64,000 nt of DNA from Octopus vulgaris. Taxonomy: Eukaryota. This document shows positions 26,900 to 39,645 of the stretch, one piece after another (position 1 is the stretch's first letter; every line of letters begins with the position of its first letter). The position numbers and the translations under genes were made by a program. The DNA is taken from contig OX597833.1 in NCBI GenBank assembly GCA_951406725.2, positions 30,132,001-30,196,000 on the forward strand. Reading direction: 5' to 3'. The notes below the pieces were generated by a model, which saw only the letters and a program-made list of their open reading frames with translations, was not told where the DNA came from and did not search any database.

Positions 26900-27220
26900 A
26901 GGCACATGGCTTAGTGGTTAGGGTATTTGGCTCATGATCTTAAGGTTTTAAGTTCAACTCCCAGAGGCGTGTTGTGTCCTTGAGCAAGACACTTTATTCC
27001 ATGTTGCTCTCATCCATTCAGCTGGCAAAAATGAGTTGTACCTATATTTTAAAGGGCTAGCCTTGTCACATTTTGTGTGATGCTGAATCTCCATGAGAAG
27101 TATGTTAAGAGTACACATGTCTGTGGAGTGATCAGCCACTTGTATGTTAATTTCATGAGCAGGCTGTTCCATTGATCAGAACAACTGGAACTCTCATCAT
27201 CATAGCCAATGGAATGCTAG
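26900..27220 (+). mobile_element. tRNA-derived SINE (family C)
   Basis: Pol III A-box tggcttagtggtta and B-box agttcaactccc, then gtgttgtgtccttgagcaagacacttta. Confidence 0.7.
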
Positions 27221-29679
27221 TTATTTTGAATTTTAGAGAAATTTGGTTGCAATTTCTAGCAGGTCATGTAACTATATATAGGCTGCCCTGCCATGGTCAA
27301 CCATCTTTCATACACAATATAGTGTAGTTCTAGATGCAGTATGTATATTTCCTTTTTAACTCTTTAGCATTCAGTTTATTCTGAATTAGCTGTTATTTCT
27401 AACAGGCTAATATTCCTGTAGCCTTATTTCTAGACAACAGCTAGTCTCATCTATTCACTGTCACAACTGCATAAGATGACATACCCACAGTTGTTGGTCA
27501 TAATCTCCTCTCATGGAGGTTTCATCCCTAAAAAGTAGATCAGCTTTTGAACATTGTCCTGATGGGCCACAGATCTTCTCAATTGTTCTGTATTATAAAT
27601 GAAAAATTCAAGTGTGGTTGGTTCATTCATCAGTGGGGAAATGGAAGTTATTAATCCTTGTATAACAAAGTCAAGATAATAGATAGGGAACAATACTGGA
27701 TGATAAAAAAGACTGCACAGTTTCCATCTACCAAAACAACTCCTGTATTGCCTAGGGCAATATGGGACTGTGCAGTGGGATTGAACCCTGTTATATTAAG
27801 GCTTGTGAAAGGAACTTCTTAACTCTAGAGCTATAGAGACAGATGAGAAAGTTAATGATGTTAATTGGCGGTGAAGAGTTTGTTGGTGATTGTTGGTGAG
27901 GAGTAGGAGGAGAAAGAGAGAGTGAATGTGTGTGAGTTTGTGCCTGCAAGTGAGAGAGTAATGATAGAGATTTATGTGCATAAGTGAGGGAGGAAAACCC
28001 ATTCAAAGAATAATGTAAAGCTCCAAGGAAAATCTAAATAAAGGAGCTTCAAAGATCTACATTACTGAGATCATATTAGAGACATTGGAGCGATATTTTA
28101 CATTCCCTGCTATTTACAGTCAACAGTATCTGATTTCTTAAGTCCTGAGGCCTAGTTTCCAACACCACCACCACCTCTACTCTATTCACCATACCAGTCT
28201 CTGTGTCACCCCATCCCACCATTTGATTACAGCCAGCTGAGTTATATATATATTAATGTAGTTTGCCTTGCAGATTAATCTAGAAATTTTATATTAGAAT
28301 ATTGGGAAGTGGGGTGCTTAGCTAGAGGCTAGCTTGCCCATTGGCTGATTGTTGGTAGTTGTATTGCTGGCCTTGTGTGTCTGTAAGTTACTTATTTATG
28401 AGTGTGCATGTGTGCATATATATATATGTATATAGTGTGTGTTATACAATTGGCTTATTCCACCAAACTAGTTGGATATGCTGATAGGAAAAATTTGAAA
28501 TCAACTTAAATTTTACTATAAATTTCACTCTACCCACAGTACTGAGTCACCCCATCATTAAATGCTGTGCTTTAATTCTTTAACTGGCTTTTAAATTATA
28601 ATCTTAATTTCACATTTAAATGTATATTTATTAAATGAGGCTTGCTTTCCAACCACATGGTTCCTGGTTCAGTCCTACTGCATGGCACCTTGGCCAAGTG
28701 TCTTCTACTATAGCCTTGGGCTGACCAAAGGCTTGTGAGTGGATTTGGTAGATAGAAACTGAAAGAAGGCCATCATGTGTATCTGTATGTATCTATGCTT
28801 GTTCCCCACCATACTTGACAACTGGTGTTGGTGTGTTTATATCCCCAAAATTTAGAAGTTCAGCAAAACAGAGGGATAGAATAAGTACCAGGCTTAAAAA
28901 AACTAAATTCTGAAGTAAAAAGTATTCAAAGTAGTGCTCCAGCATGACTGCAGTCTAATGACTGAAACAAGTAAAAGATAAATGATGCATGCACACATTC
29001 ACTTATTCGTATATGTTTATATATGTATGCATGTGTGTGTGTGTGTTGTTTACATGTGAAAACTACCGAGCTATAAACAGTAGCATTGTCGTCAATTTCC
29101 CTCTCAATAAATCATCCACTAGGTCCATGATTTTGATCACATATGGAATAAGAAACCCCTTAATTGGAAAGCAGGTATAGGTTAGTGACAAGATGAGCAG
29201 CCAGCTGTAAAACAATGCTTCAATAATATACGCTCATGTAACCTATCCTAGCTCGGAAAATTGATACACTTACATACTTGTGTGTGTGTGTGTGTGTGTC
29301 ATCATCATTTAACATCTGTTTTCCATACTGACTTGGGTTGGATGGTTTGACAGGAACTGGTATGGCCAGGATCTGTACTAGGCTCCATTACCTATTTTTA
29401 ACATGGTTTTTACACCTGGATGCCCTTCCTAATGCTAACCACTTTACAGAGTGTACTGGGTGTTTTTTATGACACCATATATATATATATATATATAATG
29501 TTACTGACCTTACCTATAATGGTGCCATGTAAAAAGCACTCAGTCCACTCTGCAGAGTGGTTGGTGTTAGAAAGGGCATCCAGCTGTAAAAACCCTGCCA
29601 AAACACACACAGTAGCTTGGAGTAGTCTTCTACCTGGCTGGCTCCTGTCATAGAAGACAGGCATTAAATGATGATGATA

Positions 29680-29736
<57 letters not shown>

Positions 29737-29750
29737 GTATATATGTATAT

Positions 29751-30150
29751 ATGAGGTGGTATCAGAAAGTTCCTGGACTAGTTATGTTTAATAAAATAAT
29801 AACTTATTTTCCTCAGTTTTAACATCATCTCCTTTGGAATAGTCACTTTGAACAATAATACACCAGTCCTAGCATTCTTGCCACTTTTGGAATCTGACCT
29901 GAAAGTCGTTTTCTGTAAGCAGGTTGAGGACCTTCTGCAATTCGCTCTTGATCTTGACAATGGTGTTAAAACAGCGACCTTTGAGCTGCATTTTCATCTT
30001 GGGGAAGATATGGAAATCCACAGGTGCTAAACTTGGCAAATAGGGCAGGTACAGAAGTGATGCCATGTTGTTTTTGGTGAGAAACTCACATATGAGGAGA
30101 ACTTGGTGAAAGGGTGCATTGTTGTCATGAAGAATCCATGTTTATTCCAT
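29751..30150 (-). mobile_element. Mariner 3' fragment
   Basis: LPYLPSLAPVDFHIFPKMKMQLKGRCF (YSPDLAPxD-like); TIR-like atgaggtggtatcagaaagttcctggact next to (TA)n. Confidence 0.85.
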
Positions 30151-30632
30151 TATTTGACAGCTGTTTCATAATCTGTGTTAGTTACATAAATGACACTACA
30201 TCATCCAACACACAAGTATAAATGAATATAAATATGAATATATATCTGCACCCATTTTATAATAATTTTTCTTGTCGTTGCATCACTTAACCCATTGGTT
30301 ACACTTTCACGTGATTAGAGAAAAAGGAGAGAGAGAAGCATCTATGACATGAGGTAGAGGGAATGTAACTGTAACACTTTCACATGATTAGTTGACGGGA
30401 AAGAGAGAAGGAAAAAGGAGAGAAAAAGCAGATAAAGTGAAGAGTGAGACTGTTACTAAACTGTCCATTTTTCGTCTCTATCCTTTGTTTTATATGCAAC
30501 GTACACTGAAGATTTCCTGAGGTGGATCCAGCAACAATTGTGTAATTACTGTGGATGACACCAGATAGCCATAGACAGTGAACACGCTTTATCAGCGTAC
30601 TACCAGGATCATACATAACACTTAAATATTAA

Positions 30633-31022
<390 letters not shown>

Positions 31023-31039
31023 GTAGTGAGCAATGATAG

Positions 31040-31463
31040 AGGATATTGAAAATGTGGAGATTTCCACCAAGATGGAGTACCCCAACACTACCATATTAAT
31101 GTAAAAGCCTACCTTGATAGAGAGTTTCAGTAGCATATCTTCTGTACTACCACAAGACTCTTATGGAGATACTTAAAAGAAAGTTTACAGTACAAAACTG
31201 GCAACAGTCGACAAATTGTCAGCAGCCATTGAACAAGAAAGAATATGTTCCAATACTGAATGGAATGTTTCTTGATATTTGCAAATCCATTGCTTCGCAT
31301 CATCAGTTGTGCCTGGACCAGAACAGGCATCAGTTTGAAAATAGGTGTTCGTTTTAAATTCTATCTGTAGATTGTATTAAATTTTGAAAATGCAATGTAC
31401 TTTAATAAACACTGATTTATATTCATTCAATGTGTGTGTACCCTTTTTGGAACACCCCGTGTA
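31040..31463 (+). mobile_element. Tc1/mariner-superfamily 3' fragment with right TIR
   Basis: [26 protein letters not shown]....RHQFE; ends ctttttggaacaccccgtgTA. Confidence 0.7.
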
Positions 31464-31956
31464 TATGTGTGTGCGTGTGTATGTGTAGGTAGGTAGGTAG
31501 ATAGATAGATACATGTATACTTGTGTGTGTAAATATATATATGTGTGTGTGTGTGCATATGTATGTATATATGAGTGTGTTTGCACACATGCACATATAA
31601 TACAGTGTTTTGTTTCCATGACCTCATATTGTACAGTTTCCTGTATAATGTGTATAATATTTTCTTTTTTTTCTCTCTCTCTTGCTTGCCTGCCTTCACC
31701 CTCTCTCCTTCTTTTTCACTCTGAATCACTCATTTCTTTCTGTCTCTTTCTCTCTCTCTCCTCTAGCACACTCACATTCACCTCTCCTACACATTTTCTC
31801 AGAATCATTGTGTGTAGACTCTGCTGGTAGAAGATCTTAAACCCTGAAATGTTTGAATGCATTTTGGAAAAAGTTTTTCCTCTTTCTATTCAACTGGTGG
31901 TGCAGAAGAATGAATATTCCTCTATATTACTCCCATTTTGTATTTCATTTATTTAT

Positions 31957-32011
<55 letters not shown>

Positions 32012-32721
32012 ATAAACATGTACAAGTATATATGTAATTTCATTGCTTTGTTTATGAAGAAATCACTTAATTTCTCTGAAACTCGAGTCAAAGCAGTGTT
32101 CTGAAAATAACAATTGGAAAAGTCATCCAGTGCACTTGTTGTATATTGAGGCTGTTCTGTGGTTATTCAAAAGTCTGGGTAAGAGGGATGTTGTGTTAGC
32201 AGTGGTGGAGTGGTTAGTAGTGGGGTGTTAGGGATTTACAGATTAGTTTCTAATTGGAACAGAAATACTAACTAATGTCTTGCTCTACTCTTTAGGATTT
32301 TGTTTCTTTTGCATCCCTCTTCCTGGCTTGGTATCTTCGTAGAAGAAAGACCCTTTTGGAGAATAAATTGAATGAACTAATGTGTTGTGTCTGTATGTTT
32401 TCATGAAGTGCCATAAGTAAGGTTTAGTATTTTTTCTGAACTTTGGAAAATTCTGATCATGTTTTTCATTTTCCTTTTGGCCAGTTAACATATATTCTTA
32501 TGAGATTTCAAAGGCTTAGAATTTCACTCATGAAGGATTATATAAAACTCACCTATGAAGTGTTATAAATGTATATTGCATCACATATCTATTTTCTAAG
32601 TCAACTGTGTGTCAAAAAATGATGTCCAACAAGATGACCAAACAATGATAATAATAATTCTATTTCATTTTATTGTGTATATTACTTATATTCTATTTAT
32701 TGTATATCTATAATGTGATGA

Positions 32722-32925
32722 GGACGCATGGCCTAGTGGTTAGGATGTTGCACTCACAATCACAAGATCATTGCTTCAATTCCTAGACCAGGTGGTATAT
32801 TGTGTTCTTGAGCAAAACACTTCACTCATTGCTCTGCAATCACTTCATCACCTGATGCATATAGTACACCGTGCACCTTTTCAAGCAATGTTGATTTAAT
32901 GGAGGAAGTGAGTTAATGTACAGCC
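32722..32925 (+). mobile_element. tRNA-derived SINE interrupted by CR1
   Basis: A-box tggcctagtggttagg, B-box-like gcttcaattcct, then tgtgttcttgagcaaaacacttc; abuts the CR1 5' truncation point. Confidence 0.65.
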
Positions 32926-33860
32926 ACTTATTGTTTTTAGTCTTCATAAATGACTTGCCTGACAACCTCACACAACACACCCTTCTATTTGCCGATGATG
33001 TCAAACTGGTCGCTCCTTGCGGTGATATAGATGATCTTCGTCAATGCCTCCACCAAGTTTGGAGATGGTCTAACGAATGGGATCTGTGTCTGAATGTGTC
33101 AAAGTGCTGTCATCTGCCTGTTGGCTCTTCTCCTGCAACTCAACTTGATTTCGAACCAGGTCATCAACAGCTGGAGAGGTAAAGGACCAACCAGGTAAAG
33201 GACCTGGGTATCTTGGTGGATTCTTCCTTTTCGCCTTTGGCCCAGTGCGTCCATGCTGCCAACAAAGCACACGGAGTTCTATTTTTGATTCGGCGGTCAT
33301 TCGGAATGCTCACAGCAGCCATATTCCTACCGCTCTCTGACACGCTGGTGAGACCCATATTGGAGTACGGGATTCAAGCCTCTTCTTATCTCCTCAAAGA
33401 CATGCATCATCTCGAAAGAGTCCAGAAGCTGGCTACCCGCATGGTTCTTGGTCTCAAGCATTTGTCTTATGAAGAAAGGCTGAAGACGCTCGACCTTTAT
33501 TCTCTAGAAAAACGACGACGCCGTGGTGATCTCATTCTTGCTCACAACATCATAAGCAGAAAGTGTAACCTCTCGAAAGAGCTATTCTTCATTCCTGCTC
33601 CAAAGTGTCGGCTGCGGGGTCACTCCGAAAAGCTCTATCTGCGACGATTTCATCTCAATCGAAGGAGAGGAGCTTTCTCCGTCCGGGTTGCGGATCCGTG
33701 AAATACGCTGCCAGACAAGATAGTGAAGATGCCGACAACAGCTCGGTTCAAAGTCTCTCTTGACCATAAATGGCCTGAACTCTTTGCATGAACACCCTCC
33801 CTGTACATAACTCCATGTCCCCCTACATGGCCTTGAACCAAAAAATTTGCTTAACTTAAC
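32925..33860 (+). mobile_element. CR1-clade LINE, 5'-truncated
   Basis: LLFLVFINDL...LFADDVKL through the C-terminus; (TTAAC)n tail. Confidence 0.94.
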
Positions 33861-34227
33861 TTATATACATCTGATCACTATAAGCATATCATTTGCACGG
33901 GTCATTCAGCAAAAAGCAGAATACTAATATGTTCTAAGCCATCATATATGTGGTATAGAATGAAAAAAAATGTTCATTTATTGAAATGATCATAATGTCA
34001 ATTTGAATTTATCTTTTTGAACCAAAAAATTAACTTAACTTTTTGAACCAAAAAATTAACTTAACTTAACTTATATACATCTGATCACTATAAGCATATC
34101 ATTTGCACGGGTCATTCAGCAAAAAGCAGAATACTAATATGTTCTAAACCATCATATATGTGGTATAGAATGAAAAAAAATGTTCATTTATTGAAATGAT
34201 CATAATGTCAATTTGAATTTATCTTTT
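33833..34227 (+). repeat. Tandem duplication, about 185-bp unit, covering the CR1 tail and its flank
   Basis: 33833-34017 is nearly identical to 34043-34227, with a partial 25-bp unit between them. Confidence 0.92.
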
Positions 34228-34394
34228 CCTCATTTTAATTATTTTTATACATTCTGAAGCATATTTTATGCCTATTGGACTACACCTTGGATTTGCAAGG
34301 TGCCCCCATTTATAATCCATTGGAGTTTAACTGATGTTTTATTCAGTTAACTGAATACTATGCTAACAATGTTCTTACATGAAGCACTAAGATG

Positions 34395-35538
34395 ATGTCC
34401 TGGATTCTCCTCAAGTTATATATATATAAGCTATGGACATATAAGAGGTGCAGCAATATCAAAGGAAGGCTAACTGCGAAGATAGTTTTTGTGTGTGGAA
34501 AATGCTCAGTAGCAATAAACTCTGAAAACGTGCAGAGAACAGCTTCTGTCACAAGTTGATAGCTTCTGTTATCTAGGTGATCATGTCAGTAGCGTGGGCT
34601 GGATGCTCTGAAAGTGTAACTGCTAGAGTAACGAGAGCCTGGGCAAAGTTCAGAGAGCTCCTACCTCTGCTGGTGACAAAGGCCCTCTCGCTCAGCGTAT
34701 GATGCATGTGTGTAAACAGCTATGCTACATGGCAGTGAAACATGGACCGTGACTGCTGAGGAATGAAGCCAGTTTGCTCCACTGGATGTGTAATGTCAGT
34801 GTGCATACACAACAGTGTAAGCACCCTGAGAGAAAAGTTGGACATAAGAAGCATCAGATGTGGTGTGCAAGAGAGACAACTGCACTGGTATGGTTATATG
34901 GTGCGAATGGGTGAGGACAGCTGTATGAAAAAGTGTCACGCCCTAGCAGTTTAGGGAACTTGTGGAAGAGGAAGACCTGGGATGAGGTGGTGAAGCATGA
35001 CCTTCGAACATTGGGCCTCATCAAGGCAATTGCAAATGCCCGAGACCTTTGGAGATATGCTGTGCTTGAGAAGACCCGGCAAGCCAAGTGAGACCATAAC
35101 CAGCCCATTTAAGAGTACTCTTCTATCATTAGAAAATAAACTATGCTTGCAAAGACCTGTTGAGGCAAGTAAAATTGCTGTCGTGGCTGATGACAGTACC
35201 ACCTGATTGGCACCCATGCCAGTGGAATGTTAAATGCACCATTTGTGCATGATTGTTGCCAGGGCCACTGACTGGCTCCCATGCCGGTGGCACATAAAAA
35301 AGGCACCTTTCAAGCATGGTCATTGCCAGTGCCGCTGAACTAACTCCTGTGCAGGTGGCACGTAAATGTACACACTACACTCTTGGAGTGGTTGGCATTA
35401 TGAAGGGCAGCGAGCTGTGGAAACTTTACCAGATCAGATTGGAGACAGTTGCAACTTTCTGGCTCGCCAGCCCTCAGTCAAACCGTCCAACCTATGCCAG
35501 CATGGAAAGCAGATGTTAAACGATGATGATGATGATGA

Positions 35539-35540
<2 letters not shown>
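34395..35540 (+). mobile_element. RTE LINE 3' portion with UTR and (ATG)n tail
   Basis: Colinear with 63470-63975 and with the reverse complement of 9653-10640; several deletions. Confidence 0.88.
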
Positions 35541-35579
<39 letters not shown>

Positions 35580-36019
35580 TTATCATCATCATTTAACGTC
35601 TGTTTTGCATACTGGCATGGTGTTGGACAGTTTGGCTGGAGACTAGCAAGCCAGGAGGCCACACCTATCATCAATCTGATCTGGCAATAGAAATAATACA
35701 TTCCTAAATCTCTCAGAGAGATTTATAGATAAAGTGGTGGTATGTTGTCAACTTCATGTGACAGTCCCATGAAAGGGAAGACTCTACCACCCCTTCTCTT
35801 TTTCTCTCTCTCTCTCTCTCTCTCCCTCTCTCTGGGAAGCACCGTTCCCTGTCGGCCTTAACACATTTCCTGTGTCCTTATGTTTACAAAGGGGGAAATA
35901 AGCACCTCCACCCAGCAAAGCCCGCATTCAGAGACTAGTTTCTGAGTCATTTCTCGTCATCAGTCTGGAATAGCATGGCTTGCTAGTTTTTTTCTTTATT
36001 TTGAGTATATAGCTCTTAC

Positions 36020-36545
36020 AGAGAAGGGACGAACCAGGTACTGATGATCTACCCTATCAAATGCTTTATTTTGGTCTAAATGGACTATTGCCCCACCTTC
36101 ACCAGATAATTTACCAATCCCGTCTAAGGTGTAGCGGATAAGGTGAAGATTGTCCTGGATCGACCTGCCTGGGATTGCACATGTCTGTGCCTTCACAACA
36201 AGTTTCTCCATGACAGCCATCAACCCTTTTGCTTTGGCCAAAATCTGTAACTCTAGATTAAGTAGGGTTATGGGCCTGTAATTGGTAATACTATTCCCCT
36301 TGCTCAGGTCTTTCTGGACCAGTATCAGCACTCCCCGAATCACAGAGCTGGGAATCCTCCCATTCTGTTGCCAGTTTGCATAGACGCCTGCCAGTATATC
36401 TCCAAACAAGTCCGGCATACAACAATAAAACTCATAGGGCAGACCATCTAGCCCTAGCGACTTTTCCCCAGCGCACTCGGCCAACACCTCTTGTACTTCC
36501 GTGGACAGAGACCTTTCGGACTAGGGCCTCCACCTTGTCTGCCAC
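36020..36545 (-). mobile_element. L1/Tx1-clade RT fragment
   Basis: KSLGLDGLPYEFY, NYRPITLLN, QTCAIPGRSI.DN, DQNKAFDRVDH. Confidence 0.88.
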
Positions 36546-38148
36546 CTTGCTCCAACTATGAATTTTGTAAACATAAGGACGCGAAAAATGTGTCAAGGGC
36601 GGCAGGAAGCAGTGCTTCTTAGGGCTAAATAGCAGTAGTATTCTTCCCTTTCATAGGACTGTCACATTAAGTTGACAATATACCACCACTTGATCTGGCA
36701 ATGTTTCTACAGCTGGATGGCCTTCCTAACGCTAACCACTCTGAGAGTTTAGTGGATGCTTTTTATGTTCCACCAGCACAGGGAGCCAGTCAGGTGGCAC
36801 TGGCAATGACCCACACATGAATGCTGCTTATTGCATGCCACCAGCACGAGAGCCAGTCAGACAGCACTGGCATTGGCCACAACTACAATTTCCATTTGAT
36901 TGTGATTTCATTTTTGATTTTGACTTTACTTGACTCAATAGGTCTCCTCAAGCACATACACACACACATATATATTATCATTGTTTCAACATCCACTTTT
37001 CCATGCTTATATGGGCCTGATGGAATTTGTTGAAGCAGGATTTTATACAGCCAGAACCCCTTACTGTTGCCAGCCCTCACTTGTTTCCAAGTCATTTTAT
37101 ATTTTCTCTGGATCAGACATGTTTTTATGGAAGGCTGAAAATGAAAGATTCCACTCGCATCATGATGACTCTCATAAATAGCTATCTCGTAATGTCAAGG
37201 CAAGGGGACAAACACACACACACGCACATACATGACAAGCTTCTTTCAGTTTCTGTCTACCAAATCCACTCACAAGACTTTGGTCAGCTTAAGGCTATTC
37301 TAGAAGACAATTGTCCAAAGTGTCATACAGTGGGGCTGAATCCAGAGTTGTGTTTCTATTTTATATCAGTGTGGATCTCAACCATTTTTTTCTTATGGAT
37401 TCCTTTGATTCCTATTTCATTCAAGTGGCCCCCTCTAGCTATTTGATAATTAAAAATCCTATCATATTTTTATAATTGAATATTATTAGGAATTGTATAA
37501 AAAATTCTTAAAATATTTTGTGAATTGCAGAAGTATAATCAATTTACTGCAAATATATTTTAACAGCAAAATCTTATATGAACCCCCAAGGTTCATATGG
37601 ACCTTGGTTGAGAATCACTATATTATATAGATATACATGTGTCAATGTGTGTATGTGTATAAAGATTGAAATGTCTTTTATCATGCATAGTTCTATTCAA
37701 AAAGAGTTGATTTGAGCTTAAACCATATTTTTAGTTCATTTGTTTGTTTTTTTGTTTTTGTTGGGTTTTTTTTTTTGTAGAAACTGTCAGTCATTTATTG
37801 AGTGTGAATTTGGTTGCAGTATTTAGTTGTTCAAGTGACAATGTCAAAGCTGTTTGTCTCCCCCCTACCTCACTGGTTCAAAATGCTTTCCTCCACCTCT
37901 TCCTCCTCCTCCTTATCATCATCATCATCATCCTCATCAAGATCATGGTTATCATTGTTGTCATCACACTAAAACTGTGCCTCTGTCGATGTTGTCAGTC
38001 AGATGTTGTTAGCAACGGTTGCGTTTTTTTATGATATAATTCCTATCTGAAGTTGAACCCTGAGCTGCCTCATGGGACCAAACAGATCCCCACTGACCCC
38101 ACTGATTTCTCTCACACCCTTTCTTTTTCTCCCCATCCTCTCTCTACC

Positions 38149-38262
<114 letters not shown>

Positions 38263-39169
38263 CAAGAAGGAAGCAAGATATCTGAAATAAATATAAAATG
38301 TCAAGAACAAAAGATAAATAATATTATTTGTTTGTTTATACAGCAGGAGTTTATTTGCATGATTATATAACAAATATATCTGGTACCCAACTTAATAGGT
38401 TCTATGTTACTTTAGAATGAAAGATTCCCTATCTCCCTCTCCCCTTCCTTCTTTACTATTCCCCCATTCCCATCATATATCCTCCTTTTCCCTTGCTTCC
38501 CTCTGCAGCTCTGCCACCACACCCCCCTAACATGTGTGATAAAGAAATATACACACAAAAGAACTTCAGATAAAGCTCCAAAACATTTTAAGTTAACTTG
38601 TAAAACAAAGAATTTCATTACATGACTACACAAAAACAATCACATATTGCAACGCACGCACACACACACACACACACTTTCTCCCTCCCTCTCCCTCTCC
38701 TTCCCTCTCTCCCCCCACACACACACACGCATATATAATGCATTGTTGTAGAATATAAGTACTATTGAACACTGGAGTCAATGTAATTGATTTAACCTCT
38801 CCCCCAAAATTACTGGCATTGCACTAACATTTGAAACCTATAATGGTAGGGGCCATGATGATCATGGCAATTTTAATAAACAGTGAGAGGGACAGCTTTT
38901 ATAATATCCCTTTGAACTGCTAATTGCTGAAGAATTCGTTTTCACAATCCAAAATGTGAAACTAATAGTAACAATTAAAATATCTTCAGCTTTTGATAAA
39001 ATATTCACACTCTTCTCTAATTACTTCTCTCTGTAAACACAAATGTTCAGCAGTCTGTTTACACATATACACACAAATGAACATATATTATACATGCCAT
39101 GCTGGCATAGGCCCAACCCATGCCAGCATGGAAAAATAGACTTAAATGATGATGCCGATGACGATGGTG

Positions 39170-39645
39170 ACCACCTTCCAGCTATATTCAGAAGCCTGTG
39201 CAAGTATCAGAAGAATCTCCAAACTATTGTTAGATGGAGAGATTTTAAAGAGAGATGCACCCTGTTACAATGAAGTTCTGGCAAGGAGCAGTTTTACCAA
39301 TAAGTTAGTTTACACAGCAGATCCCTCACCTGTACTCCCAAACCATAAGAGAATTACAAAATGACAGGTTATTTGGTATAATCATCCATTCAACCAAGGT
39401 GTTTCTATCATTCTAGCCAGGAACTTTCTAAAATTATGAAGCATTTCTCTAGATCTCATAGATATCATAAACTTTTTAATTCCCCAAATGTTATGGTCAG
39501 TTATTTATGTTTTGACTATATTGCTTCCAACTTTACATGCTACAACAGAAACAAATACACATCCACACAAATTCCATATCACACTCCCATATGCAACAGT
39601 CAAAGTCCTACCAACTGTTCACTGGATGGATCCTGCTTTTTGATA
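39170..39645 (+). mobile_element. Penelope-like element fragment (region between RT and endonuclease)
   Basis: YNEVL..S, WYNHPFN, FLK..KHF...HRYHKLFN...VSY.C and CN.....CSLDGSC resemble Penelope-like linker motifs. Confidence 0.65.

Noticed and set aside
26900-26965. tRNA-like heads (also 32722, 46390, 47075)
   Set aside because: A/B boxes run into SINE bodies with no complete cloverleaf; not tRNA genes.
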